From: Octopus vulgaris
Taxonomy: Eukaryota
Assembly (NCBI GenBank): GCA_951406725.2
Contig: OX597837.1
Location: 8,804,001 to 8,868,000, forward strand
Reading direction: 5' to 3'
DNA: 64,000 nt
Part shown: positions 28,643-44,719 of the stretch, piece by piece
Numbering within the stretch: the stretch's first letter is position 1
How the letters are laid out: the number at the start of each line of letters is the position of its first letter
The notes under the pieces: generated by a model
Database searches by the model: none
Seen by the model: only the letters and a program-made list of their open reading frames with translations
What the model was told of the DNA's origin: nothing
Position numbers and translations under genes: made by a program

Positions 28643-28868
28643 TGTATATGTGTGCGTGCCTGTATAAGTTCGTGTGTACGTGCGAGTGTATGTAAATTGT
28701 GTACATATTTGTGCGAGTATCTCCCTCAAATTCTCTGTACGTATTCTGTGAAATAACACACACACTCACACACATACACAACCAAACATGATTATATACA
28801 TAACTCACTATCTCTCCATCTATCTATCTATATATGATATATATATATATATTACATATATCTTATAT

Positions 28869-28995
<127 letters not shown>

Positions 28996-29026
28996 TTGTA
29001 TATTATATATATATATATATGCATAT

Positions 29027-29084
<58 letters not shown>

Positions 29085-29528
29085 GTATGTCTTTACGTAA
29101 ACTTGTCAGCCAGCTACTGCATAGCACATTCTGGGATTGAGATTCAAAATACTGAATAAATAAAATAAATACACCTCCTCATAAATATATGGCTTACTTC
29201 CTCCTTCACCGAATCCAAATGACTTATGTTTCTTGTATTTGTATGTGTTTTCGAACGTTAACTTAATTTAATCTATGTATTCATACATCTTAACTTTAGT
29301 TTCCCTCCCCACTCCGCTCCATTACTATCTTTCGTTGCTCAACCTTCCTGTACTTCATTTGTTTCTTGTCGAAACGTTCATCAATTTGCGTATTCAATTT
29401 GCATATATATCCATATAAAACAAACGCGTATTCACACACACACACACACACGTACGCACACATATACACACTCATACAAGGAGAGAAGTATCCTAGAAAT
29501 ATATATATGTGTGCGTGAAAATATATAT

Positions 29529-29567
<39 letters not shown>

Positions 29568-29693
29568 TGCGCATGTGTGTATATATATATGACGTATTTA
29601 CATGCGTGAAAATATACGTATATGGATATACATATGCATATATGTATGAATTTGTATCTACACACACACACGTGCGCACATGTATATACATAT

Positions 29694-29735
<42 letters not shown>

Positions 29736-29900
29736 ATGTGCATACACATACGTTACAGATATACATCCACATACAGACAAATATACACCTTAATGCATAC
29801 ATTTTCATACACATACATTCATGCATACATACATACATACATATATATATATATGTATGAATGAATATGTATATATTTCTATATATATATATATATATCA

Positions 29901-29996
<96 letters not shown>

Positions 29997-30398
29997 GATA
30001 GATAGATATGCGTGTGTATATGCATGTATATATATGTATATATGTATGTATATGTATGTATACATGCGCAAGTATATGTATAAACGTATATATATTTCAA
30101 GTTTTGACATTTTCACGTAACTCAATAAATGTACCAGAAGCAGGAATATCTATCCAGTAATTTACGTTAATTTTTGTCAAATTGTGGCTTCTATTAACTC
30201 TAGTAACTCAATATCGAGTCCTTTATTCATTGCTTCTACTGTAAACATTGTTGATATAGCACCATCTATATTATTGTATTACTTTTATCTACCTTTTTAT
30301 ACTTTCATTTTCGTTATACATACATACATACATACATACATACATCCATATATACATATATACACACATATATATGTGTACATATATGTATGTGAATA

Positions 30399-30436
<38 letters not shown>

Positions 30437-31783
30437 TACACATATATACATATATATGTACATACATACATATAAGTATACACACACTGCCATATATATA
30501 TATAGAGAGAGAGATACATATACATGTATATATATATATATACACGTATACATACACACACACATATATATTTTCATATCTTTATATACATACACACTTA
30601 CGCATCCACATTTGTATATCTGTATGCATGGATATGTAGTTCTTGAAATAAATGCCTAGTTTATCATATATCTATGACTTGTCACAATAACTCGAAAATA
30701 TATGCCTACACAGTAATTATATCGAAGTGAATTTTCATTTGGTACTCATGTGTTTTGTTTTTCTTTTCTTTTTTGCATAGAATTTCATATCTACGAAAAA
30801 GTGCCTCTGGTCATCATACCATCATTATACATTTCTATAAGTTACACCGTTTATATCAGTTTGTGCTTATGCAAGCCCATAGGATAAAATGTCAAGAATT
30901 TTAAATATTTATTACTGAAGAGCCGATTGCTTCCCTTTGATTACGTATTTCATATTGTGTTCTGGAATGTTATCAAATATTAAACGCTTTGATATCCGGT
31001 GACCTTAATCCACCTTGCCGTTATGAATATGGTGGTTTGAGCTTAAATTTTTAGATGATCATGTTCCATAAATTAAGTTTATATAACGAAAATCTTAGAC
31101 ATTGCACATGTTATGTGAGAGCAAGTTCACGTATGAATCTCTTACAAGAATTACATAAGCTGAAAATTGTATAACCCATATAATTCTAGCAATTTTTAAG
31201 AAATTTTCAGTTCATATTCGATCCATCGCTGATTTCCTTTACTTTCCATATATGGTGCGAGGGAGTGGTGGTATTCTTTTTCGCTGTTAATGAAGTAAAA
31301 CTTTCATTTAAATTGTGGTACTTGAATTTCTCTTCCACCATTTTGACATAATATTTGTTCTCAAAATGTAGGCTTCTTTTCAGGGTGTTGACGGCTGGTA
31401 TACAGATAATTATCTCGACAATTCCCGCGTCAATGACACAGCAATAAATCTATATCTCCAAGTAATTTACTCATGTTTGTTAAGTCGAATTCTTGTAATT
31501 ATAAATTTTCTTGTTTGTTGTACAACTGTAACTTACTTTCAGTTTGGTTCAATTAAGTAATTTCTAGTAACGGTCGTTGACGAGGAAATGTTAATTAAGC
31601 CTGAGAAATGTTTAACATTATTGGACTTGGCATTTATTGAGAACGAGACTTTGAACAAGATAATTTACTGATGCTAATAGATGTCAGGGTATTAGGGACT
31701 ATTTGGATCTAGTTTTATGTCCGACTACTGTTGATGCAGTGTTACAGCGAAGTTTAGCTATATCAAATATATACTAACTTCAT

Positions 31784-32044
31784 AAAATGATAAATACGCC
31801 CTTTTAAAGATTAGCCAGGCTCATGGGCCCAGTTTCCCGGTTTCAGTGGCGTATGTATTCCCCAGCTGGACGAGACGCCAGTCCATCGCAGCGTTACTCA
31901 TTTTTTGCCAGCTGAGTGGACTGGGGCAACGTGAAATGAAGTGTTTTTCTCAAGAACACAACGCGTCGCCCGGTCCAGGAATCGAAACCACAATCTTAAG
32001 ATCATGATGCTGACCCTTTAATCACTGAGCCACGCGTCTCCACC
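31784..32044 (-). mobile_element. Family V SINE, full length
   Basis: tRNA-like head. 11-bp TSD ACTAACTTCAT (31773-31783 and 32045-32055). Confidence 0.9.
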
Positions 32045-32589
32045 ACTAACTTCATGGCAAGCTAAATATTGTTTTAGCAAAGTTAGGGTGACCTGAGTTT
32101 TCCTTCAAAACTTTGGTGATCTTTGGTAAATAAGATTCGGATTATTATACGAATCTTATTTCATGTGAGTCGGTATATTGCTTGCGCCTATCTAAATTAT
32201 AGCTAATCGAATATAATAATCAGGCAAACGAAAATGTTCATTACAATGAAATATCATCGCATTTTAAAATAGAAAATTCCGTAGGCATGGCAGTCTGTTT
32301 AAAAAAGCTAGCTTTGCAACCGCTTGTTTTCGGATTCACTACTGATCCCTATTCGGCCTTGTGTTACAACTTCAAATCGTATGTATTTTGTTTTGATACG
32401 GTTCATTTAAAGGCGTACATATCTGATACATGAGGCCAGTTTTGTCAGCATGGTCTGTAACTGATTACTTAGCTTCAGCGCTGCCTGCAATGTTATTTGT
32501 AACTCGGATGTGTGTTAGGAGTTTTTCTATCGATGAACCCGTCATATGTGCAGTCAATGTCACTGATAACTATTTCTAGACTGTACAGT

Positions 32590-32724
32590 GGATCATTAAT
32601 TCACTCTAACACAGCTTATGGGAACGGAAAAGATCGTAAGAAAGGTCCTCAATGTCTAAGGAAACTGGTTGTGACCCGGTTTCTAGGCCTTGATTCAAAT
32701 GTAAAACATTCGCATCCACCATGA

Positions 32725-32725
<1 letters not shown>
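32590..32725 (+). mobile_element. R4/Dong-like 3' end abutting an (AAT)n array
   Basis: LMGTEKIVRKVLNV* (32615-32659), then GGAAACTGGTTGTGACCCG and a short UTR, then (GAT)n/(AAT)n. Confidence 0.6.
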
Positions 32726-33040
<315 letters not shown>

Positions 33041-33499
33041 TTTATGAAAATTGACGTAACTCTTTACGAAGTTAAATGAACAAAAAGAGGGGCGCGCTGC
33101 GATTTCTGATAGAAATTGACTCCGTTTATCGAAATGAACGAATTGAACCATATTTCGACTTATTGTTTGTTTCCCTCGAGTTTAAAATGTAAAATTGAAA
33201 ATAAAAAATAAAACAAACGCTGAAATTCAAAGTATGAATGGGAAGCGAAAACAGAAAATTGATGATGTCAATTTGTTTAAAAAGGAACGAAGGATATTCC
33301 CATTCAGAAATTTTGAATTTCGGTATTCTAGCGTTTTTTGTTTTGTTGCTGTTTTTTGTTGTTGTTTTTTTGGCTTTTTATTCATTTACATTTTGAACCC
33401 GAGAAAGAAAAGCAATCTGTCGAAAATACTTTTCACTTCGTTCTATTCAAATAAAGATTCAATCTTTACAAATCGCATCGAGCTCTTCCAAATTGTTTA

Positions 33500-33537
33500 A
33501 CAACGACAACAGCAACAACAACAATACTACTACTACA

Positions 33538-33624
<87 letters not shown>

Positions 33625-33637
33625 CATAATAAAAACA

Positions 33638-33690
<53 letters not shown>
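33500..33690. repeat. Compound (AAC)/(ACT)/(AAT)n microsatellite
   Basis: Read directly from the sequence. Confidence 0.97.
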
Positions 33691-33691
<1 letters not shown>

Positions 33692-33699
33692 CAGTTACT

Positions 33700-34140
33700 T
33701 AAATCAATTGTAACTCTCGAGATTTTTCAGTTGCCCTCCGAACACGGATTGTAATCTAAACAACACGGTTTGCAAATGTAATGTCATAGCAAGTCCAATG
33801 TTATTAAAATTTAACATTGGATCACCTACAGACTTTTTTCTTTAAAAAAAAAAAAAGATTCTACTCGTTTGAAATTTCATTTTTTTCCCCACACACGACG
33901 AACTCATGCAAAATCGCTTTTAAATAAATATTTGACATAAAATCGCAGCGTATTGAATATTAATTACAAATGTCTATACTACGTACTGTGGATCTCTATA
34001 AAAGAGAAAGACGTCGCTGCCAACTATGTTTAGATGAAGCATTTGAAATGCCGATGGCTTGCGATGACGTTCTCAATAAGAGAAAAGAGACAGTTATAAA
34101 CTGTTTACATAGAAAGTCTGGTGTATTCAAATTCTATGAT
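33700..34140 (+). pseudogene. Decayed Penelope-like element, GIY-YIG endonuclease C-terminal region
   Basis: NCNSR../SCPPNTDCNLNNTVCKCNV....KFNIGS, then SILRTVDLYKRERRRCQLCLDEAFEM...VLNKRKETVINCLHRK. This matches the PLE pattern CNCR..CPL.G.C...VY...YIG / W.I...RC.LCL.EK...LLNKRSE...CRH. Confidence 0.75.
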
Positions 34141-34336
34141 AAAACAAATAAGGGCAAGTCTAATGTTTAGTACGTAATTTGTGGATGTATGTATAAATAT
34201 ACGTACACCATTATATGTGTGTATATGTGTGTATATAGCTACGTATCTATGTGTATGTATGTATGCGTATGCTTATGTGTTTTCATGTGTGTAGATATAT
34301 ATGTATGCGCAAGCGCATCAATATAGATGGGTGTTC

Positions 34337-34397
<61 letters not shown>

Positions 34398-35837
34398 AGA
34401 GAGAGAGAGAGAGAGATGAATATAAATGAGTGTTCGTATACATATATATATATATATATAAATACGTATATATATACATATATATATACATATATATAGA
34501 TGAATATATATATATAGATGAGTGTTTGTATATATATATATATATATATATACGTATATATATATATATATATACGTATATATATACGTATATATATATA
34601 GAGAGAGATGAATATAGATGAGTGTTAGTATATATATATATATATATATATGCGTGTGTGTTTTTGTGCGTGCATTTGTATATATATATTTATGCATGTG
34701 TACATGTATATATATATATGCGTGTATGTGCGTATTTAGACGCGTGAGCGCATCTGTGTGTGTATGTAGGCGCACCTACGTGAGCGTCTGTGTACCAACT
34801 TATATCTTTGTACCTAAAAAATGTATGTGCTTATAATTAACCCTTTTGAAATATTCAATATGCCCTGTGCACACCCAGGCTGTATAAGGTCATCCCCTAC
34901 TCATATTTATGTATACGTTCGTGCTTCAATTTATTTCCCAATCTCCTTTGCTTGCAGTCAATATGTTATCTGACTCTCAATTTTGGAACACTCACCTTTT
35001 TATAATCTCTTCTTTACTTCTTCCTTCCTCATCTGCTCTCTTTTAACTATACAGTCTTATCTTTCACTTTTCCTATTTTTTGGTATCTGTTTTATGCAGT
35101 AACTTATTTACATAATTATTTTCATTTACTTTCATGTTGTTTAAACATTATTATTTTTTGTTTGTCTCTTTTATGGTTGTCCAACTTAGTTTTTCCATCC
35201 TCCTATCATTTCTCTTGCTATGACATTACACTTGCAAACCGTATTGTTTAGATTACATTTTTCGATCGAAGGGCAACTGAAAAGACCTCAAGAGTTACAA
35301 TTCATTTAGTTAAAGGAAGAAAGTTGTTTCTTTTTTAACTACATTCCTACCTTTTCTTATCTTTCCTTCTGTATACTCTCTTTTTTCTTCACATCCCTCT
35401 TTTCCCCCTCTCTTCTGCTCTCTCATTATTCTCTATTTAGTATTTTCTTTTTCGGATCTTTTCTACTCGGTTGCTACTTTTCAATTTCTTCAATTTCTGT
35501 TGCTATTGAATTTATATTTGGTGTAATGATGTAGTTTTCTATGCTAATCATTTGACATCGAATTTATATTTACCGTAAGTCAATAAGTAAAGAGTTAATA
35601 GCTTTCAAATTTTGTAAATTTGGAGTAATGTTAGCCAAACGTATGCCACGGATATATGCCTGTTTCCATAGTAACAAGCCAGGTATGATAACTCTTTTCT
35701 CTGGTAGAAAGCACGTGACAAATATATTTTATTCATTGAGGTGGTCGTCAGAGGTGTTAAAAATAACAGCTAAATGGACCTTCAATCACTCACATACCCA
35801 AGTTTTTGTTCGGTTGCTCGTGGGCAATAATGAAATA

Positions 35838-36040
35838 AGAAACGTTAGCACGCCGGGCGAAATGTTTTGCGGTATTTCGTCTGTCTTTGCGTTCTGAGTT
35901 CAAATTCCCCCGAGATCGACTTTGCCTTTCATCCTTTCGGGATTGATGAATTAAATACCAGTTGCGTACTGAGGTCGATCTAATGGACCGGTTCCCCTCC
36001 CCAAAAACAATTTCGGGTCTTGTGCCTAGAGTAGAAAATA
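35838..36040 (+). mobile_element. Family M SINE
   Basis: Head and core intact. Confidence 0.88.
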
Positions 36041-36676
36041 TTGTATTTTTCTCATTATGTAATTATTTTTTCTGTTTAACGCAGCGACCTGGCAAAATCG
36101 ATGGAGAGGCAAATAAAATGCTTTTCAGTTCCTTCGACTGTCATCTATGACAGGAGAACCCACCGCTTCATTTAATAATCACAAATTATAAAAAAAGGTA
36201 CCGTAAAATAGAGAAACAATAGTTCACAGGATTTGAGCTCACAACGGAGAGAACGTGATGAAAATATTAACGCCGTATTCAATTCATCGCTCTTAATGCA
36301 GTGGCAATTCGACAAATCAGCGCCGGGGTTGAAGCATTAGGAAACTTTAAATACAATTGTTGGTAATTGTGTTCATCACATTCGTAATTTCTACAATAGA
36401 AAATGGAAACCCAGAAGAAAGTTCTAAATATAAAGTGGCCTCTAACTACAAGTGATTAATTCACAACTAATGTTTCAGGAAGATTTGATCCTTTAGCCAG
36501 CCAGCAGCCTTTGGATTAAAAAGGATTTGAGTACTTAGAAATTCTTTCGTCAGTGTGGGGTTATTTTGGTTTCTTTTTGGATTTCGTTCATTTTGATTTA
36601 TTTCTGTTTATTTCTATAGTAACTCCTGCTTCAAGGAAGGAAAGTATTTTAACAATTGTGAGTAACAAGAGTATGG

Positions 36677-36715
<39 letters not shown>

Positions 36716-37029
36716 CATACAGACATACATACGAAAATACGTACATATGTATATGTATGCACACATATCTATATATGCTTATATGAAAATCTATTTGTGT
36801 ATCTATTTCTGCATGTATATACCTATGTGTATAATATATGTATACATATATGCGTTTATGTGTGTGTATGTGTACATATACATTCAAATAAACACATACA
36901 CACACGCACACTCATATAAATTTACAGATATTTATAGTCAATTACACAGTTTTTTTGTGTATATAGATGTGAATTTGTGGTTGTGTATCAGCATAAATAT
37001 GAATATATGTATATATGGATACATACATA

Positions 37030-37106
<77 letters not shown>

Positions 37107-37121
37107 GTATATGTATATATA

Positions 37122-37193
<72 letters not shown>

Positions 37194-37558
37194 GAGTAGA
37201 TATACCTACAAACATACACATACTTTACCATATGCGCGCTAGAACAAGAAGAGATATCCACATCTTTAGTTCTGTATTGATGAGGCAGTAAACAATGAAA
37301 TCGTACCTACATCACGTGGCAATAACCCCTTGTCCTTATAGCAAAGCTTAGACATTTCCATACTGAGACGAAGTTTTAACGAATCGATAACTGTTGTAAT
37401 CATGCTGTGTAGTAGTAGCTGTTCACTGACCTTTAACGAATTATTCTGGTGTTCTCTCTCTAAGATTTATACACTATTTCGGGAGTCACCAAAACTACCT
37501 CTAGGCTGCTGATTAATGCCATTCTATTCTGTCTTTTCAGAGAATAGTTTCTACTAAA

Positions 37559-37632
<74 letters not shown>

Positions 37633-37836
37633 CTACATATTTATATGTGTGTGTGTATACGTGTGTCTATATGTTTATATGTATATATACATATATACAT
37701 AGAAAAGGACGAATGTGTGGGTAGGGGTTTATGTTGGTATATATGTAAATTTATCTCTCAATCTATATAGCTGTGCATCTAGAAATTTATATATATATGT
37801 AAATATATATTTGTGGGTGTGTGCATGTATATATCT

Positions 37837-37873
<37 letters not shown>

Positions 37874-37945
37874 CATAAATATTTATATATATTTATGTAT
37901 ATATAAATATATGTTTATACATACACATATATATATAGATATATA

Positions 37946-38012
<67 letters not shown>

Positions 38013-38518
38013 ATGGATATACACATGAGCTAGACAGATAATTATAGATCTAGATTAATATATTGTTTCCTCTAGTTATATGGGAATATATTCATATATA
38101 TATATATATACATACATATATATATATATATATATATGCCTATATATATATATACATATATATATGTTTATATATATATATATGTATGTATATATATATA
38201 TGCATATACATATGTTGAGGGATGAACAGGTAATTATAGATGTAGATTAACATATTCTTTAATATCCTTACGCGTGTATATGTGCGTATTCATATGTATG
38301 TGCGTTCACGTGCTCTCAGACGGGCACGTAGGTAAATATATATTTATTTATATACACGTGTGTATATATAAACACACACATATATATATGCACATATAGA
38401 TACGTAAACAAGCACGCGCAGACATATATGTAACACGGACCACACTTATATATACGTATAATACAGGGCTTTAGGTCTGTGAGTGGCTTGACTGTGGTGT
38501 GTGCATGCATGAGTGTTG

Positions 38519-38549
<31 letters not shown>

Positions 38550-38551
38550 AT

Positions 38552-38587
<36 letters not shown>

Positions 38588-38762
38588 TATGTATGTATAT
38601 ATATATGCATACATTTACCTTTACTTATGTATATTTTTACATTTAGAAGCGAGTATAAATCTGTGTAGTTGAATGTGTGCTACTGACCGTCCATCTATCT
38701 GTCTCTTTATTTATCTATAAATCTCTTATGTCCCCCCACATTAATTTTTGCTTGCATATATC

Positions 38763-38865
<103 letters not shown>

Positions 38866-39524
38866 TGTATGTAAATATATATATAATTAAAATGACAGAA
38901 AGAATTGTAGGAAGAGAAATGTGTCAAGATTAACGCTTTATATATACATATATACATTTATACATACATACATACACATATATATGTATATATACATATA
39001 TATATATGTATATATATGTATATATGTATGTATTTGTATGTATGTATATGTATGCATATGAAAGTATAATAATATCAAAGTCCCCGAACGGGGCATCAGA
39101 TGCTGTTACACAGTGGTGGCCACAATGCGTTTTGAATTGTCTTGATTGCTACATTCATTTCAATCCTGACCGAAATTGCTTATCGAAATCATCTGTCCAT
39201 CGGTAGAAGACTTGTGATGGCTTTACCCAATCAATGTTTTTGATATACCAGCCGAGAACTGTACGAGCCCCCCCCCCTGTTGTCTCAGAATCTTGCAACA
39301 AATGACGAAATACAAAGTTGACCTCGGTGGAATTTGAACTCAGTCGAAATATTGCCGAGCATCTCGCCTGGCTTGATGACGACACTGCCAGTGTCGCCGA
39401 GTTTATCACAGTAAGTATTAAGTTGAAAATGGTTCAAATTTTCGATATAATAATACAACTAGTATCATATTAAATATTACTCTCTAACTTTTCACCTTTC
39501 TCATTCCGTTCAAGAAAGTCTCCC

Positions 39525-39930
39525 GGCACAGGCGTGGCTGTTTCTAAGAAGCTTGATTTCAAATCATATGCTTCCGGGTTGACTCCAACTGTGTGTTACA
39601 TTGGCCAAGTGTTTCCTACTATAGTCACATGCCTACAAGAAACTTCGGAATGGATTAGGTTGAAGAAAACTGAAAGAAGCCCGTTGTATATATATATATA
39701 TATATGTCTATGTCTGTGTGTCTTTGTGTCTGTGTTCCCACCACCATCACTTGAAAATGTTGGTGTTTTTACGTCCCCGTAGCTTAATGTTTCCTCAAAA
39801 GCGACCGATAGAATAAGTATAAGTCTTTAGAAAAAAGTCCTGGGTTCGACTATAACCGTTCACGGGGGTGCTTCAGCATGGCCACAGTGAAATCACTACA
39901 AGTTAAAGGTTAAAGGAATAAAGGAATAAA
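39525..39930 (+). mobile_element. Family C SINE, diverged
   Basis: Head, CORE-like block, internal microsatellite and tail are recognisable. Confidence 0.8.
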
Positions 39931-40099
39931 ACGTCAACTCTTATAGAAACTTTAAAAATTCGGATAAAAGAGAAATAGGATTATAAATTTACCTGGACGA
40001 AATGCCTTGTTTTTACTAACGCCTACATCGTAAAAAGTAATCAACCGACTGACGGTCATGCTATCATTAACAACCACACAGTGGTACTTTTTTCCGCTT

Positions 40100-41000
40100 C
40101 ATGTATAAGCTTTTTCTGTTCTCTTTACTTCTATTATTGAATTCTCGACATCAGGTATTCCTATCTATTCTTCTCGTTTTGTTCAGTTTCCCAGGAGGAC
40201 TTAAAATAACTAATTAACTATTACAACCAATTTTTTTCTTTCTCAGAAAAATGGTTCCCTAGAAATCTCTTTATATATTTAGGTTATTATTTCAACGTAT
40301 GTATTAGGTTGCAAATGTTCAAGAAGAATATAAGTACGGGTCACATGGTGTCCTAATACAGTATGAACATTGCCTCTTCCACTCCTCTCAGGTATTTACA
40401 AAAAAGAAGTTAACAATAACCATACCATCAACTCAGCGAAAAAGTATATTCATTATAAAAATTATCTACATATCTTGCCACATAAATTTATAAAACATGC
40501 CTACGATAATATCAGTAGAAGCATTTCTCACCTATCATTAGATAAGCATAAATTTAATAATTCAGTCCTGTGGTATACGATAGGATTGAGGTGGTGTTCC
40601 AAAGACAAAATGCTTGTGAAACTGCAACCAATAAATCTCTCTAAACATGTTGTTTGCGGAAACATTATATTGCTTAACGTGTTATACATATTAAATGTGT
40701 CAACATATATACGAAGATAATCGAAGCGAGTCGCTTCTGGCAAATACAACAAAATTTTTAATATGAATTCGGTTAAGGTATGCAATAGTTGTTTCGCTAA
40801 TCTTGAATGTCATTTTTATAAGTGTACTGAAGTAGTCAAAAATAATATGCAACCTCAGCAGTGTGAATTTAGTTGTAGAAATACAGCTGGTTATCTTCTT
40901 GGCAATAACCGCTTCTCGAAGAAACTCGTATATATAATTAATTCTTAAGTACTGCTAACAGAAAAAGAAGAGAAAAAGAAAATGAAACGTCCGTCACAAA
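40100..41000 (-). pseudogene. Probable highly decayed Penelope-like RT
   Basis: Minus strand LP....D....VD..NMY, LLNLCL and ARYVDNFI (about 40455-40480, a degenerate RYVDDIF motif). Many stops. Confidence 0.45.
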
Positions 41001-41173
41001 CTCATTTAAAACTCGTTACACACAACACACCACTTCATTTACATATAGAGTGAAACAAAAGTTCACCTCATTTCTAAAGGACATTCTGAAGATGAAAAAC
41101 GGGGGAATAGACGAATTTTAAAATGAATAAGAGAATGACTTCAAAAGAAGATGCACACAAAATTTGCAGCAGA

Positions 41174-41218
<45 letters not shown>

Positions 41219-41242
41219 GTTTCTGCCGCAAATTTTGTGTCG

Positions 41243-41297
<55 letters not shown>

Positions 41298-41681
41298 TAC
41301 GCACACACACATATATATGACACATAAAAATACAGATAATTTTGGACCGTGGCTAGCCTGGGGCACCGCATTTAAAGGTTTCAACCGAGCAAATCGGCTC
41401 CAGTACATACTACTTTTATCAGCTAAGTTGTGGAGACGTAAAGGAAAACAACATCGGTGGTATATGTATGTATATATGTATATACGTATGTACCTATATA
41501 TGTATCTATGTATGTATGTATGTATGTATGTATGTATGTATGTATGTATGTATGTATGTATGTGTGCATGTATGTACGTATCTATCTATCTATCTATCTA
41601 TCTGTCAATCTATCTACCTATTTAATTATCCATGTGTCTGTTTATTTCTCTGTGTGTGTATGTATATATATATATATATAT

Positions 41682-41753
<72 letters not shown>

Positions 41754-41917
41754 TAGATATATACATATATATACTATAAAAATATATTTCATCATTATCT
41801 GTATATATTATATAATAATAATTTTATATATCTTATACGCTCATACAAATATGTGAGTGTGTGTATATGTGTGTGTACACATATATATGTATTTATATCT
41901 GCTTCTATATATATATA

Positions 41918-41959
<42 letters not shown>

Positions 41960-42544
41960 TGTGTGCGTGGATGGTTGGGTGTGTGAAATATCTTTTTATT
42001 TTCCTATCTCTTCCAATTTTGACTTTATGAGTCTTTCTCAGCCAAAGAATATCTGGGAAAACAAAATATTACCAAAATGACATAACAAACCATTATGAAA
42101 GCTCTGTCGCCCCAGGAAGCACCAAACACTTCCTTTTGGTGTAAACATTGTACTAATTAAAAATTAATATCAATAGCAGGGTCTGTCGTTACGAAGAAAA
42201 CCAATATATATAATTAATTACATGATTACAATTATTCTTCTTTCCCATTCATTTTAGTTTCGGAATTTTTATTTTTCGTAAACAATTTTTGTTAAATTTT
42301 CGTCATTGGAGATCTCTGGCTGTTCTGTAATATAACAAAATGCCAAGTAAATTGGCATTATATGGAAAGGTAGGGGTTGTTTCGTAAATAAATGCCTTTG
42401 TGGGGTAAGAAGTTTGTTTCCTAAACACAGGGTTCCGTATTCTGTTTTACTGTGTGGCACCTTGGGCGAGTTTTTCTACAACAGCCTCGGGCCCACTAAA
42501 GCTATGTCACTGGATTTGGTTGACGGGAACAGGAACAAGCCGCC

Positions 42545-42610
<66 letters not shown>

Positions 42611-42678
42611 GGGGAGGATGATGAAGGAAACACTAAAGTGTACGTACGCCGCTATATATATATAGATATATATATATA

Positions 42679-42849
42679 GACGCAGGAGTATCTGTGTGGT
42701 AAGTATCTTGTTTACCAACCACATGGTTCTGGTTTCAGTCCCACTGCGTGGAACCTTGGGCAAGTGTCTTCTTCTATAGCCTCGGGCCGACCAGAGTCTT
42801 GTGAGTGGATTTGTTAGACGGAAACTGAAAGAAGCCCGTCGTATATATG

Positions 42850-42916
<67 letters not shown>

Positions 42917-43135
42917 TATGTGTGTTTTTGTGTCTGTGTTTGTCCCCCTAGCATCGCTTGACAACCGATGCTGGTGTGTTTATTTCCCCTTTACCTAGCG
43001 GTTCGGCAAAAGAGACCGATAGAATATGTACTGGGCTTACAAAAGAATAAGTCCCGGGGTCGAGTTGCTCGATTAAAGACGGTGCTCCAGCATGGCTTCA
43101 GTCAAATGACTGAAACAAGTAAAAGAGTAAAAGAG
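42679..43135 (+). mobile_element. Family C SINE, full length (an older 5' half lies at about 42395-42546)
   Basis: Collinear with the other copies. Confidence 0.92.
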
Positions 43136-43260
43136 AGAAAGAGTATATATAGTAAGTGTCTTTTTCATAAGCTGAAAGCTATCACCGTGGAGTGACGAAA
43201 GAAAATAGTCTTATAATAGGGCTTATAATCCCTGGTTGACGGAAACAGAAACAAGCCGTC

Positions 43261-43330
<70 letters not shown>

Positions 43331-43844
43331 TTTTTCATTTCCTAACTCGCGAAGATGCGATTTGTAGAGAGACTTAACTGTTATTTCTTTCTTGTTTACT
43401 GAGGACAGATCGACTCCAGCGTTTGATTCAATATCTTTGTAGAAAAGATCGATTGCCCGATATGCTATCGAGACGAATATCTTCTTCATCATTTGTTCGA
43501 TGACCTACGGAAAGATTCCTTTGTTATTGCAATGCGCATGCTCTTCTATGTCACAAGGCCACGAAGGTCATTCGATAAGTCCAGTTTACATGTGTGAGGG
43601 GGTGAAAGGTGGCAACATGAAAGCCAGGGTACGGTCTGTAGCGGACTCTCTGATACGGGTAGATTTTATCTCAATCCAATCTGTTTGTGTATATAGTCTT
43701 AACAACAGCACATTGCTAAAATGTTTGGAGACGAGCTATGTTAGTGTACGTGTGTATATGCGTCAGTGCTTGCATGTATGTGTGTATGTGTGTGTGTGTG
43801 TGTGTGTAAGCCTGTGTTTGTGTGTGTGTGTGTAAGCCTGTGTT

Positions 43845-43881
<37 letters not shown>

Positions 43882-44126
43882 GCCTGTGTTTGTGTGGGAG
43901 GTCTAGTTGATCGGGTGGTTCGGCAGGTAGTTGGGTAGTCGGGTATGTACATCGATCGAGTGGTTATTTCACGGGGGTTGGATGGATGGATGGATGGATG
44001 GTTGATTGTTTGGTTGGTTGGTTCGTTCGTTGGCTGGTCGGTTGGTTGGTTTAAGTAATTGTCAAATGATTGCAATCTAAGTTGATGTGTTTAGGTGTTG
44101 TTGTTAAACGTTTAAAGTTTGAAATG

Positions 44127-44395
44127 GAAGAAGAAGAAGAAGAAGAAGAAGAAGAGGAGGAAGAAGAAGAAGAAGAAGGACAAGGAGGAGGACAAGGAGG
44201 AGAAGGAGAAGGAAAAGGAGGAGAAGGAGAAAGTGAAGAAGAAAGAAGAAGAAAGAAGAAGACGAAGAAGAAGAAGAAGAAGAAGAAGAAGAAGAAGACG
44301 AAGAAGAAGAAGAAGAAGAAGAAGAAGAAGAAGAAGAAGAAGAAGAAGAAGAAGAAGAAGAAGAAGAAGAAGAAGAAGAAGAAGAAGAAGAAGAA
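44127..44395. repeat. (GAA)n/(GGA)n microsatellite
   Basis: Read directly from the sequence. Confidence 0.98.
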
Positions 44396-44584
44396 ATGTC
44401 TTTTCGGTGTTAAGAAAATCACGGTACACTCCGTTCGAACAGTCAGCCATGTTGAAGTGGCTACGAACATTAATTGTTGGGACAACTACTGCATTCATCC
44501 CCGAGGGAGATCTTAGAACTGGCTTTTTGCTTCTTGAAAGCTCAGCGATGGTGTGTCGCGTGAATTTATATTTGTTTATTTATT

Positions 44585-44715
44585 TATTTATTGTCCACAG
44601 GGTGCTAAACACAGAGAGGTCAAACAAGGAGAGATCGAAGAATTACGTAGATTACATCGACCCCAGTGCAAAACTGGTACTCATTTATTCGATCTCGAAA
44701 AGATGAAAGCCAAAT
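44585..44715 (-). mobile_element. Family M SINE, 3' part with Tx1-like tail
   Basis: CCACAGGGTGCTAAACACAGAGAGGTCAAACAAGG, CATCGACCCCAGT. Confidence 0.75.
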
Positions 44716-44719
44716 AAGA

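Noticed and set aside
30840-32200. Possible decayed hAT transposase on the minus strand (LDP, WWKRN)
   Set aside because: Only isolated short motifs among many stops; it needs a profile search.
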